Made by a program: the position numbers and the translations under genes. Positions 35,717 to 48,899 of a stretch of DNA of 64,000 bases are shown here, in pieces. This DNA is from Eledone cirrhosa (Eukaryota): contig OZ024743.1 in NCBI GenBank assembly GCA_964016885.1, forward strand, positions 352,470,001-352,534,000. The letters are read 5' to 3'. The stretch's first letter is position 1, and every line of letters begins with the position of its first letter. The notes beneath the pieces were generated by a model. The model saw only the letters and a list, made by a program, of their open reading frames with translations, was not told the origin of the DNA and did not search any database.

Positions 35717-37635
35717 TGCTGAAAGAAGTCACGTGGTACAAAGGACCAGTTACTTATTGATAAGATGGTAATGAAGAATTGCAGGAGGAGACACACTGGT
35801 CTTGCCATGGGATGGATAGACTACAAAAAGGCATTTGACATGGTGCCTCATTCTTGGATCACCAAAAGCCTGGAGATCTTCAAGGTGGCAGATAACATCA
35901 GGCAGTTGTTGGGCAAAAGCATGAAGTCCTGGGAAACAGAGTTAACATCAGCTGGAGAATCCTTGGGAAGCGTGAAGATCAAGAGAGGTATCTTCCAGGG
36001 AGATAGTCTGTCCCCTCTGTTGTTTGTCCTTGCCCTGATGCCCCTGACCAGTGTACTGCGAAAAGTGAGAGCAGGATACAGGTTGGGAAAGGGAGAGCTT
36101 ACCACCAGTCACCTCCTCTTCATGGACGATCTTAAGCTCTTCGGGAAGAGTGAGAAGGAGTTGGATGTGCTTATTGACACTGTCCGTATTTTCAGCAATG
36201 ATATATGTATGCAATTTGGTATTAGTAAGTGTGGAGTCATTGTGATGAGGAGGGGTTAGTTGAGCAGAAGTAACGGAATCCAGATACCAACGGGTGAGAT
36301 GATAAAAGAAATTGACTCTGAGGAAGGATACAAGTATTTGGGCGTTCTGGAGGCTGATGACATCAAGAACAAAAAAAATGAAGGAATTGATAAGAACTGA
36401 ATACATTCGGAGAGTAAGGAGCGTATTAAAGTCACATCTGAACAGTAGGAATGCCATAAGTGCAGTAAATTCCTGAGCTGTGTCTATTATTAGGTACAGT
36501 GCGGGAATTCTGAGATGGAATGTTGCTGAACAAAAAGAAATGGATAGGAAGACTAGGAAGCTATTGACTATCTACAACATGTTCCACAAGAGGAGTGATG
36601 TCGATAGACTCTACTTAAGGAGATCTGAGGGTGGAAGAGGTCTTATCAGCATAGAGGACTGTGTTCAGATGGAGAAAAACAACCTACACAAATACGTGAC
36701 TGATAGTAAGGAGCCAATGCTCAGAACTGTACTGAATGAGGGGACAATAGGCCAGGGAATGTCCAAGGAGGAAATAATATCAAGGAGAAAGAGCAGCCTC
36801 CAGGAAAAATCCCTTCATAGTACCTTCTTTGAGAAAACTGAATTTAGAGATCCACAGACATGGAACTGGTTGAAAAGAGGAGACCTTAAAAAGGCTACAG
36901 AAGGAATGTTAATGGCTGCGCAGGAGCAGGCCCTCAAAACGAAGTGGTTGAAACACCACATTTACAAGGAGGAGGCTAGCCCACTGTGCAGGATCTGTGG
37001 AGAGAGAGAGGAGACTGTGGCTCACATTGTATCCGAGTGTAAACACCTAGCCCAGACTCACTATAAGGGCTGGAGACATGATGTGATGGGCAGGGTGATC
37101 CACTGGCACCTATGGAAAGTAAACAATTTACCACATTCTGAGAAGTGGTATGAGCATAAGCCAGAGGCGGTGATAGAAAACGATCAGGTGAAGGTGCTGT
37201 GGGATTTTAGGATACAGACGGACAAGAAACTGGAACACCATAGACATGACCTGGTGGTTTTGGACAAAGAAAAAAGATCGTGCCTGATTGTGGATGTGGC
37301 CTGCCCATTCGACACGAGAGTGCAAGAGAAGGAGAGGGAGAAAATTAACCGATACCAGGACTTAAAGTGGGAGGTAAAAAGGATTTGGAACTGCCATGAA
37401 GTCAAAGTGATCCCGATTGTCATAGGCGCACTAGGGACTATCTCAAAAAGTTTCCAGGGATGGTTAAAGAAAATCGGCCCCTTCACGCTTTTTGGAACGC
37501 TTCAAAAAGCATGCTTGCTGGGAACAGCAAGAACCCTCCGATACGTCCTGAATATCTGAGGCTGCAGGTAGTGGCTTGATATTCATCTCAACAAACTTTC
37601 CAGTTAACTAACATCAATGACTGAGACTCAAAGAG
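35715..37635 (+). mobile_element. 5'-truncated R4/Dong-like LINE in (TAA)n, copy 1
   Basis: [63 protein letters not shown]; (TAA)n on both sides. Confidence 0.92.
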
Positions 37636-37642
37636 TAATAAC

Positions 37643-37671
<29 letters not shown>

Positions 37672-37673
<2 letters not shown>

Positions 37674-38003
37674 GAAATTGGAAAAATGTGGAAATTGAGA
37701 ACTAAAACAATACCAGTGGTTGTAGGCGCTCTAGCAATGATACCTAAGGGGTCTAATGATTACTTATCGCAAATCCCAGGAAACCCGCGTATAGGAGAAA
37801 TACAAAAGATAGTACTAATGGGAACTGCCCATATACTAAAGAAGATTCTGTCAATATAAGTACATCACAAATCTAAATACCTAAAGATGCATGTGTGAGT
37901 ATGTATATTCTTTCTTGAACATGGCGGACCTTGTTGTCTCTTGAGGTCACTGGTTGTGACTTGGTGATAACTCGTATGAACATAAAGCAAAATAAATGCA
38001 GCT

Positions 38004-38004
<1 letters not shown>
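37672..38004 (+). mobile_element. Short 3' fragment of a second R4/Dong-like family in (TAA)n
   Basis: KMWKLRTKTIPVVVGAL...IQKIVLMGTAHILKKILSI; matches the reverse complement of 31830-32190. Confidence 0.85.
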
Positions 38005-38055
<51 letters not shown>

Positions 38056-38056
<1 letters not shown>

Positions 38057-40271
38057 TAACCAACTGTAAATCACCAGGCCCAGATGGTGTGCAGGGGTAT
38101 TGGATTAAAAATATAACATCCCTCCACCCGAAACTGACAACCATGTTCAATGACTGCTTGATGTCAGGTGAGGTACCAGAGTGGTTCACAAAAGGTACCA
38201 CAGTTCTGATTATGAAAGACCGAATCAAGGGTAATGATGTTACCAATTATAGACCTATCACATGTCTGTCCGTAATGTGGAAACTGTTGACAAGCATTAT
38301 GTCTGAGGAAATCTACCATCACCTCCACACAAATAACTTGTTACCGGACGAACAGAAAGGATGCCGAAAGAAGTCCCGTGGTACAAAGGACCAGTTACTT
38401 ATTGATAAGATGGTAATGAGGAATTGCAAGAGGAGACACACTGGTCTTGCCATGAGATGGATAGACTACAAAAAGGCATTTGACATGGTGCCTCATTCTT
38501 GGATCACCAAAAGCTTAGAGATCTTCAAGGTGGCAGATAACATCAGACAGTTGTTGGGCAAAAGTATGAAGTCCTGGGAAACAGAGTTAACATCAGCTGG
38601 AGAATCCTTGGGAGGCGTGAAGATCAAGAGAGGTATCTTCCAGTCTGTCCCCTCTGCTGTTTGTCCTTGCCCTGATGCCTCTGACCATTATACTGCGAAA
38701 AGTGAGGGCAGGATACAAGTTGGGAAAGGGAGAGCTTACCATCAATCACCTCCTCTTTATGGACGATCTTAAGCTCTTCGGGAAGAGTGAGAAGGAGTTG
38801 GATGTGCTTGTTGACACTGTCCGTATTTTCAACAATTATATATGTATGCAATTTGGTATTAGTAAGTGTGGAGTCCTTGTGATGAAGAGGGGTAAATTGA
38901 GCAGAAGTAACGGAATCCAGGTACCAACGGCTGAGATGATAAAGGAAATTGACACTGAAGAAGGATACAAGTATTTGGGTGTTCTGGAGGCTGATGACAT
39001 CAAGAACAAAAAAAAATGAAGGAATTGATAAGAACTGAATACATTCGGAGAGCAAGGAGCGTATTAAAGTCACATCTGAACAGTAGGAACGCCATAAGTG
39101 CAGTAAATTCCCGAGCTGTGTCTATTATTAGGTACAGTGCGGGAATTCTGAGATGGAATGTTGCTGAACAAAAAGAAATGGATAGGAAGACTAGGAAGCT
39201 ATTGACTATCTACAACATGTTCCACAAGAGGAGTGATATCGATAGACTCTACTTAAGGAGATCTGAAGGTGAAAGAGGTCTTATCAGCATAGAGGACTGT
39301 GTTCAGATGGAGAAAAACAACCTACACAAATACGTGACTGATAGTAAGGAGCCAATGCTCAGAACTGTACTGAATGAGAGGACAATAGACCAGGGGATGT
39401 CCAAGGAGAAAATAACAACAAGGAGAAAGAGCAGCCTTCAGGAAAAATCCCTTCATAGTACCTTCTTTGAGAAAACTGAATTCAGAGATCCACAGACATG
39501 GAACTGGTTGAAAAGAGGAGACCTTAAAAAGGCTACAGAAGGAATGTTAATGGCTGTGCAAGAGCAGGCCCTCAAAACGAAGTGGGTGAAACACCATATT
39601 GACAAGGATGAGGCTAGCTCACTGTGTAGGATCTGTGGAGAGAGAGGAGACTGTAGCTCACATTGTATCCGAGTGTAAACACCTAGCCCAGACTCACTAT
39701 AAGGGCTGGAGACATGATGTGATGGGCAGGGTGATCCACTGGCACCTATGCAAAGTAAACAATTTACCACATTCTGAGAAGTGGTATGAGCATAAGCCAG
39801 AATCGGTGATAGAAAACGATCAGGTGAAGGTGCTATGGGATTTTAGGATACAGACGGACAAGAAACTGGAACACAATAGACCTGACCTGGTGGTTTTGGA
39901 CAAAGAAAAAAGATCGTGCCTGATTGTAGATGTAGCCTGCCCATTTGACACGAGAGTGCAAGAGAAGGAGAGGGAGAAAATTAACCGATACCAGGACTTA
40001 AAGTGGGAGTTAAAAAGGATTTGGAACTGCCATGAGATCTAGGTCGTTCCAATTGTCATCGGCGCACTAGGTACTATCTCAAAGAGTTTTCAAGGATAGT
40101 TAAAGAAGATTAGTCCAGCCCCGCTTTTTGGAACACTTCAAAAGGCATGCTTGCTGGGAACAGCAAGAACCCTCTGATACGTCCTGAATATCTGAGGCTG
40201 CAGGTAGCGGCTTGATATTCATTTCAACAAACTTTCCAGTTAAATAACATCAATGACTGAGACTCAAAGAA
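38056..40271 (+). mobile_element. 5'-truncated R4/Dong-like LINE, copy 2
   Basis: Highly similar to copy 1 and extends further 5' (NYRPITCL, EQKGCRK); RPDLVV motif intact; frameshifted. Confidence 0.92.
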
Positions 40272-40292
40272 CAATAATAATAATAATAATAA

Positions 40293-41410
40293 TGGAATGT
40301 TGCTGAACAAAAAGAAATGGATAGGAAGACTAGGAAGCTAATGACTATCTACAACATGTTCCACAAGAGGAGTGATGTTGATAGACTCTGCTTAAAGAGA
40401 TCTGAAGTTGGAAGAGGTCTTATCAGCATAGAGGACTGTTCAGATGGAGAAATACACCCTGCACAAATATGTGGCTGACAGTATGGAGCCAATGCTCAAA
40501 ATTGTACTGAAGGAGAAGACAATAGACCAGGGGATGTCCAAGGAAAAAATAACAACAAGGAGGAAGTGCAACCTTCGTGAAAAATCTCTTCATAGCACCA
40601 CCTTTAAGAAAAAGGAATTTAGAGATCCACAGACATGGAACTGGTTAAAAAGAGGAGACCTTAAAAAAGCTACAGAAGGAATGCTAATGGCTGCGCAAGA
40701 GCAAGCCCTCAGAACGAAGTGGGTGAAACACCATATTGACAAGGATGAGGCTAGCTCACTGTGTAGGATCTATGGAGAGAGAGGAGACTGTAGATCACAT
40801 TGTATCCGAGTGTAAACACCTAGCCCAGACTCACTATAAAGGCTGGAGACATGATGTGATAGGCAGGGTGATCCACTGGCATCTATGCAAACAACAATTT
40901 ACCACATTCTGAGAAGTGGTATGAGCATAAGCCAGAGTCGGTGATAGAAAACGATCAGGTGAAGGTGCTGTGGGATTTTAGGATACAGACGGACAAGAAA
41001 TTAGAACACAATAGGCCTGACCTGGTGGTTTTGGACAATGAAAAAAGATCGTGCCTGATTGTGGATGTGGCCTGCCCATTTGACACGAGAGTGCAAGAAA
41101 AGGAGAGGGAGAAAATTAACCGATACCAGGATTTAAGGTGGGAGTTAAAAAGGATTTGGAACTGCCACGAAATCAAGGTCATCCCGATTGTCATAGGCGC
41201 ACTAGGTACTATCTCAAAGGGTTTCCAAGGATGGTTAAAGAAGATTAGTCCAGCCTCGCTTTTTGGAACACTTCAAAAGGCATGCTTGCTGGGAACAGCA
41301 AGAACCCTCCGGTACGTCCTGATTGTCTGAGGCTGCAGGTAGTGGCTCGATATTCATTTCAACAAACTTTCCAGTTAAATAATATCAATGTCTGAGACTC
41401 AAAGAACAAC
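40293..41410 (+). mobile_element. 5'-truncated R4/Dong-like LINE, copy 3
   Basis: Same 3' end (GAGACTCAAAGAACAA then (TAA)n); RPDLVV...VDVACPFD. Confidence 0.92.
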
Positions 41411-41451
<41 letters not shown>

Positions 41452-42190
41452 TGATTTCTTTATTAACTACAAATGGTCCACATCAAGAAAAAAACATTAT
41501 GACAGTAGAGGACGAAAACATAGAGTGTGTGTTCACGTGTGGGTTTTGCGTGTAAACAAATTTTAACAATGTTAAAATAGATAATAATAAAAATAAAACA
41601 AAAAAAAAAGTTCCTCAATAGAGAGAAGATGTTCGAGGGTCAATCGTGGCAAAAACCCCATAAAATCACGGAATCTCTGATCTTTAGGGCAAATTCCCTG
41701 TCCCAGTTGTACTCCTCCAATCTACAGGCTTACACTCAGAGGGGGCCCATTCACTCGGTCCATGCTCGCTTCTCTCACCCACCTTTCAACAAATTGTTTT
41801 GAAGGTATCACTTTTCTCTCTACCTTGATTTTCCTCCTCAAGTGGAATCTGAAGAAGTTAATCAGGGCTTCTCCAAAGAGGAAAGTGCTTGTCTTCAAAC
41901 CTTTCAAGCGTGTCCACCATACAACCTCTTTCGCCAAGGTGACAAGACATATAAAAACGGCCTACCCTTCTTAACTAAAAGAAGGCGGCGGGACAATCTT
42001 CACAATGGACTCGGTTGATAACCGAATTTGTCAGCAATGCTTGGACAGTGGGCGACGCAGGGAGGACAGTTTCATCGCCCTGCGCACATCTCGGACAGGC
42101 TCGGCTGACAGCACTTCAATGTCTGTAGAGTTTACTTCGAACTGGCAAAGCTCCTCGGTAGCACTGCCGTGCCAGAGTTTTCTGGAAATT
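41452..42190 (-). mobile_element. 3' fragment of an L1/Tx1-like LINE
   Basis: AKEVVWWTRLKGLK..LINFFRFHLRRKIKVER..FVERW C-terminus; paralog at 42395-43345; 3' end abuts the TAA/ATT tract. Clade assignment is tentative. Confidence 0.55.
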
Positions 42191-42209
42191 ATTATTTTTG
42201 GCACAAGGT

Positions 42210-42374
42210 CAGCAATTATTCTAGTGCATTACTGGTACTTTGTTTTATCGACCCCGTAAGGATGAAAGGCAAAGTTAACCTCGGCAGGATTTTAACTCAG
42301 ACCGTAAAGGGACGTAACTCTATGCTGTAAAACATGGCGTCCGAACCTCTACCGATACTGACAATCCACCGCCA
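42210..42374 (-). mobile_element. SINE family B
   Basis: Reverse complement of the family B sequence including its head. Confidence 0.8.
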
Positions 42375-42392
42375 TAATAATAATAATAATAA

Positions 42393-43345
42393 TGATTTCA
42401 TTTATTGGCCACAAGGGCCGACATGTAGGGGACAATACAAAGACACGGTCAGTGGGGGTTTACAATAAGCTTGATTAAAACTGCACAATGGCAAAATCAA
42501 TTCAACAATGAAAATATAAAATAAACAATGTATAAACATAACAAAATAAATTCCCCAATAGGGGGACGACGACCCAGGGGCGACTCAGGTACCCCACCAA
42601 TCCTGAACCACCCAACGCTTCTAGGGCACCCCTCTCCTCCTCAAATTAACCAGTCTACAGGCGCATGGTCAGAGTAGGCCCACTCACACGGGTCATTCTC
42701 GCCACATTCATCCACCTTTTAGCAAATGTACTGCTGGGGGCAGCACTTCTCTCTCCACCCTCACCTTCCTTTCCAAGTGAAACTTGAAGAAGTTGATGGG
42801 GTATTTTCTGAAGAGAAAAGTGTCTGTCTTCAGCCCTTTCAATCTGGTCCACCATACAACCTCTTTTGCAACTGCCACCAGGCAGAGGAATATTGCCAGC
42901 CCTTCCTGTCCAAAAGAAAGCGGCGGGCCAATCGGCTATAGAATCGGCCGATTGCCAGATCCGTTCTACATATGACAACAGCTATTCAACATAACCCCAC
43001 AAGTCACTAATGCACGGACATTGGACAAATGTGTGCAGAACGGTTTCGTCGCTCTGCACGCATCTTGGGCAGGTCCGTCTGACTGCACTTCCGTACCTGT
43101 AGAGTTTATATCGAACCGGCAGTTCCCCCCAATAGAACTGCCTCTCTGAGTGCGTCGTCGCATTTGCGCACCACTAATCCTCTATAGAGCTCGAGAGTGG
43201 AAGTTTCACCGACCGCATTGCCCACCTTGTAGAGGGCAGTGAGTGCCTGGCAACATTCCAGATGCCAGTCACCCGGTCTCGGTCTTTTCTTGATCCAGTC
43301 AAAGAGACGAGCTACTGAAAGGCCCGTCTGATAAACGAGGACCAC
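42393..43345 (-). mobile_element. 3' fragment of an L1/Tx1-like LINE (second copy)
   Basis: Similar to 41452-42190 (CCACCATACAACCTCTTT shared); WHLECCQAL..STLELYRGLV. Confidence 0.55.
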
Positions 43346-43802
43346 ACCTGTTCAATTATTTCTTTTCTATTATAAGTTGAGCCAACTTATGCAGCTTCAT
43401 ATGCAAATGAGATTAATCACCTCATTTACACAGACGAGAAAACTATATATTCTCGGCTGTCTTCTAGTCCAGCAGTCGCAAGCAGTGGGGGGATCGTCCT
43501 GAAGAAGGCCAGTCAAGCCTGAAATGCATAGACGGTTGTCCCCTTGCTTCTGCTGGACATCACCAGAGGGCGTTAGCCCCCCCACCCCCCGGTGTTTGCA
43601 TAGCTACGGCTTCCTAAAACCGTATATCTTTCAAAATACGAAATTTCTCTCTATATATATATGGGATAACAAGTTAGAGGTTGTGAGTACTCTGTATTGT
43701 GGATAGTTTTAACCTACGGCGTTGTTTGACTCAACAAGATGTTTCCATAGTTAGGTAGCGAGTTCGCGAGAATTCCTATGCAGGTTATACTTGGAATAAT
43801 AA

Positions 43803-45265
43803 TAGTGAAAGATTGAAGAGTAACATGGTCGGCTGTACAACAAGGGGCTTTATTTCAAGTATTAACAATTGTTTCATAGATCAGGCGAGTCTAAAGGCCG
43901 CTAATCACTCGAAGTTGCGTCATTCGACCTTAAATACAGTGTTTACCTCTGATAAAATCCTCAGAATACTAGAGAACTCACATATGGCAATGGTATATAT
44001 AGATACAGCGTAGAATCTTTTATCTGTCATTTGTTACTACCTCCTATTCTATACTTCTAACCCTTTGACCACCATGTATGTATCTAATGTTGCATTTCAT
44101 GTTAGTATTACCTCCACCCTCACATCTTTATACAGACAAGTATGGTGGAATCAAGGATGGTGTACCTGTGTACTATAAATTAAGGCAACTTAACATGGCA
44201 CTACATAGGTTCCACGGGTGGGGAAATCAAAAGAAGATGGTGCGTTCACAGACACTTTATGAGAACCGTATACTAGAGAACTCAACAACACTGGCCAATA
44301 AAATCTGGCAGCTTAAGAACACAAACCAGGAATATAGGATTAGCTGGTCGAAATTATCGGGAGCAAGGCCCTACAACAATGGAATGTCCCACTGCGGACT
44401 TAGCAATATGAAGCTATTCCATATTTTAAAGTATGATAAGATGCTGCTTAAAAGCAAAATAGAAAGATCAATTTTTTGTAGGCACAAAGCAGCTACCAAG
44501 TTCACACATTTCAAACCAACATGATTCGACCCAACAATCCCAAAATTCGAGTTGAACCACCCGGATTTTAATATACGGAATACATACCACCACACTGCTA
44601 TTAGCTGTCAACTGACCAACTGGTCACTAGATCATAAATCTCCTAACCTTTCTTTCACTCTCTCTCCCTGAAGCCACATCAACCCCATTAAGATAAGACA
44701 ATGAGCAGGCTAAACATTTACCACACACACATATCAAAATCCCCCTTCGCCGTCCATCCTCAGCCCTACCCCTTATGTCTCATCCTCGTATCCCTCACTT
44801 AATTTTTAATTTATTGTTTTTTTTTATATTTTTATCTGTCGTTTGTTACTACCTCTTATTCTCTACTTCTAACCATTTGACCAGCACGTCTGTATGTATC
44901 TAATGTTGCATTTCATGTTAGTATTACCTCCACCCTCACATGTTTATACAGACACTTATTCACCACCACCACTACTATCGTATATATTTTTTTATTTTAA
45001 TTTTTACATCTGTAACTTCTTTACCTCTTCATCATTATATTTTATTATTGATGTTATTGTTTTGATTCTACGCTGTATCTATATATATACCATTGCCATA
45101 TGTGAGTTCTCTAGTATTTGATCATAGGTAAACACTGTATTTAAGGTCGAGTGATGCTACTTCGAGTAATTAGCGGCCTTTAGACTCACCTGATTAATGA
45201 AACAATTGTTAATACTTGAAATAAAGCCCCTTGTTGTTCAGCCGACCATGTTATTCTTCAATCTT

Positions 45266-45272
<7 letters not shown>
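43803..45272 (+). mobile_element. 5'-truncated PLE: endonuclease C-terminus, pseudo-LTR and upstream inverted pseudo-LTR
   Basis: STTLANKIWQLK..YRISW..PY....CGL..CRHK motif. Inverted repeats at 43803-44016 and 45064-45272; direct repeat at 44017-44138 and 44830-44955. Confidence 0.75.
43858..43970 (-). ncRNA. Type I HHR with long stem II
   Basis: AGTATT-CTGAGGA-..ATCAG...CTGAT..-GAAA-CAATTG-TT-AATACT. The base of stem II is imperfect, and the core is deleted in the copy near 45113. Confidence 0.55.
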
Positions 45273-45303
<31 letters not shown>

Positions 45304-45472
45304 AGGGATAACAAAATATCGTTATAGGTAATCCAGTTAGAGGTTATGAATACTTCGTATTATGGATAGTTTTAGCGTACGGCGTTGTTTGACTTAACAA
45401 GAGGTTTACGTAGGTGGCGAGTTTATGATTTCACTTGTATTCTCATGTAAGTTTATCTTGGAGTAATAAAAT

Positions 45473-45700
45473 TGAAAAAGTCAAGAATAACATGGTCAAC
45501 AGTACAAAAAAGGATTTTATTTACAGTCTGACAATTGTTTCACTGATGATCTGGTTACGCTAACAACGTATTTGAAATTGAGTGGCATTGCTTCAAGTGT
45601 TCAGCAATTTTTAGACAACTTAATCAGTGAAACAATTGTTAATACTGTAAATAAAACCCTTTTTTGTACTGTTGACCATGTTATTCTTTACTTTTTCAAT
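45473..45700. repeat. Inverted repeat of pseudo-LTR ends (related to 43803-43880)
   Basis: 45473-45548 is the reverse complement of 45621-45700; both arms contain GAAACAATTGT. Confidence 0.75.
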
Positions 45701-45704
45701 ATTA

Positions 45705-46478
45705 TATATCTGAGTACACAAGAGATGTAGCAGGATAGCAGGCAAACTAACAGGTAGGGAGAAATATGTATGCAGTAGATGTACAGGGAAATTAGACAGT
45801 AGAAGTCGCATTGATAGACACATTTTTCAAATGCAGGAGGGTGCTATAGAAGTGGGGGATAGCTTCCGGTACCTAGAAGACAGATTAGCATGGGAGGGGG
45901 GTGTTCTGAGGCCATAGTATCTAGAATAAGGATGGGTTGGAAGAAGTTTAGGGAGCTGCTTCCTCTACTGACGAAGAAGGGTTTCTCCCTGCGTACGAAA
46001 GGCCGGTTATATGATGCCTGTGTGAGGAGCGCGATTCTGCATGGTAGTGAGACATGGGCAGCAACTGCAGAGGATATGCGACGGCTGGAGAGAAATGAGG
46101 CAAGCATGCTCTGTTGGATGTGCAATGTAAATGTGCATGAACAACCCAGCATGAATGTGTTGAGAGAGAAACTGTGTCTGAGAGGGATAGAATGTAGTGT
46201 ACGGGAGAGGAGACTGAGGTGGTATGGACATGTGATGCGTATGAAGGATGACCGATGGGTGAAGAAGTGCCAGGAAATGCCAGTTGAAGGAAGACGTGGT
46301 AGAGGTAGACCACGAAAAACATGGGCGGAGGTGGTGAGAACAGACCTCAGATCGTTGAAGCTCACAGTGGAGATGAAAAGGACCGTGACGAGTGGAGAGA
46401 TGCTGTGCTGAATAAGCCCCGTCCCACCCTTGCAAGCAGGGAAGAGAAGACGTAAAATGATGATGATGATGATGATGA
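45705..46478 (+). mobile_element. 5'-truncated RTE LINE with (ATG)n tail
   Basis: KGRLYDACVRSAILHGSETWA, RRLRWYGHVMR, GRRGRGRPRKTW; ends GACGTAAAATGATGATG. Confidence 0.88.
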
Positions 46479-46989
46479 TTATATATATATATATGATCAT
46501 CATCACTGTTTAATATCTATTTTTACATGCTTGCATGGGTTCGATAAGTCGCACAGATAGAATTGTATTTTGGCTGCGATTTTTACATCTGAATGCTCTT
46601 CCTAACACAAATTATATTTACAGTGTGGAACTGGGTGACCTTGTTATGAGCAAAGTCTGGTCAAATGGCTCACCATACCTGGACTGTACTATATTTTGGG
46701 ATCTGGGTGGTCCCATTATGAGGGAGGTCTAGCCAGTTGGCTCCACTATGCCTTGCTCATAGTGGGGCCATTTTGGAGCTGTGTTGTTACGGCTGCTGGA
46801 TGCTCTTTCTTTCGCCAACCATGTTTATAGTGTAAAACTGGATGGCACTGTTATGAGGAGGGTCTGGCCAGTTGGTCGCACCATACCCTGCTCACATTGG
46901 AACCTTAGGGACGGGGCGGTCCCATAATGATGGCGGTCTGACTAGTCGGACGCACCGAGCCTTGCTCATAGTGGGGCTGTGTTACAGGG

Positions 46990-48140
46990 TGGTTCTGTTG
47001 TGGGCTGGGCTGGGTTGTTGGCTTTGGTCTTTTGTCGTATGTTGTAGTGCCAAAGGTCTCGGTCCTGTGTCATGTCTATCAGGAACTTGAACTGAGCCAG
47101 GTTAGCTTTTATCGTCTTCCTCTTTCGAGGCATCCTACAACCTCGAATACCCTGCACCTTCTTATACTGTTGACATCCTTCATGCACATCCCATGCCCAT
47201 ACCACTGTAGTCTTTTCTCCTGCACACAGCATTTGATCCCTCTTATGCCCAGTTTTTCTCTTAATTCATTTTGCCATTCACACACACTACTGTTACACAT
47301 CCATTGGAGCATGCTGGCTTCATTTCTTTCCAATTGCTGTAGACCTCAGCACGCTGTGATCATGTTTTGTGTCTATGTAGCATTGCTGTGTGCACACAAG
47401 CATCATACAGCTTGTCTTTTATCTTGAATCAGAGACTTTTTGTAGCTAGCAATAGCACTAGCTCCCTGAACTTTTTTCATTTCATTGTTACTCTTGCAAC
47501 TGTACTTTCTGCATGCCTACCTCTGCTGCTGATTTCGTTACCCAGGTAGCAGAAACTATTGCCTATTTCTATGGGGTCCTCTGTGCATTTAAAGGAGCTT
47601 GTTTCCTCAGAGTCTTTGCTTACTGCCCCTGTGTAACGTCCACATTGGCATCGCAGAATTCCTGGAGTCTCAATCCTTCCTCATTTCTTGTGCCAAACCC
47701 CAAACCTCTGTGGATTCCATGGTATCTATCACTTTGTTTTCCCACATGTCTGTTGAAGTCACTTGCAATAATGGTGAAATCTGGTTTGGGAGGTTGCACT
47801 TATTAGGATCTCATACAACAGGTCTTTTTGTTCATCTGGCAGACCAGATTGGGGTGCATAGACACTCAGGATTGTTACTGTTGTTATATTTAATATGAGT
47901 CTAAGTGTGATGATTCTATCATTTATTGTTTACAGTAATTACCTTGTCCGTTCATTTTTCTGCTAGCATAATACCTACTCTGCCTAGCCTGCTGTCGTAG
48001 CCTTTCTAGAATTTAAGACATTGTTTTCTGCTTACTAGGAATCTAGAAGATTCTCCTCTCCGCCTGGTCTCTTGTATACAGCATACATCAACTTTCTTTC
48101 GCTCAAGCATCTCCACAATCTAACCTGACCTACCTTGATG
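46990..48140 (-). mobile_element. Degraded, internally deleted RTE LINE
   Basis: ERNEASMLQWMCN..EKRLQWYGH; endonuclease N-terminal remnant near 48050-48140. Confidence 0.7.
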
Positions 48141-48899
48141 GTTGCAGCTCTGAAGTCTCGGGGAGGGGGTACTGTGTGCTTGGTGGTGGAGGATGGCTTG
48201 GTGTTTGCTTTATATATAAAATACTATAATTCTTCCTAATATATATACAATCAAACATTCTATAACCTAATGTATGTAAAATTCAAAAGTAGGTTCCAGT
48301 AGAATCTTCTACATACAGACCAATACAACATGATTTCATTTAACTCTTTTGAAATACTTTCTATGGTAGTCAGTTAATTTTTACAATTACACACATTTCA
48401 TTTTGGAAGCAAAACTTATGTATTTCTTTTGGGTTCTGAATGAGTCTGAACTTCAAAACTGTCTTGGAGGATAGATTTGTTAAAAACACATTAAAAACCA
48501 CAGAAAAACATAAACCACCTCCAACATGAGGCAGGTGCAATTGTAAAAATTTACCTGATTTTCAAATTATTTTGAAAATAATCAATAATTTGATGGTATT
48601 TAGTAATATAACTTTCCCATTCTGTTTTTGAGTGTGAGTTTAGTTTGCCCTATATAATCTTCATTGCAGTACCGTTTTTTTTTTTAATGCTCATGCAATT
48701 CTCACTTTAATTTATGTAAACAATAACTCTCTAACACACCAAAATATATGGCCAGAGAGATAAAGAGTAAACAAAAACAAAAGCGACCATCAATTCACCA
48801 CCAACCAGAAAATGAGATCGTAAAAGAGTAAATAAAAGAAAAAGAGAGGTTATATGTCTTAATCCGTATGGTGAGCAAATGGGGTCCCACGTGCTAGCA

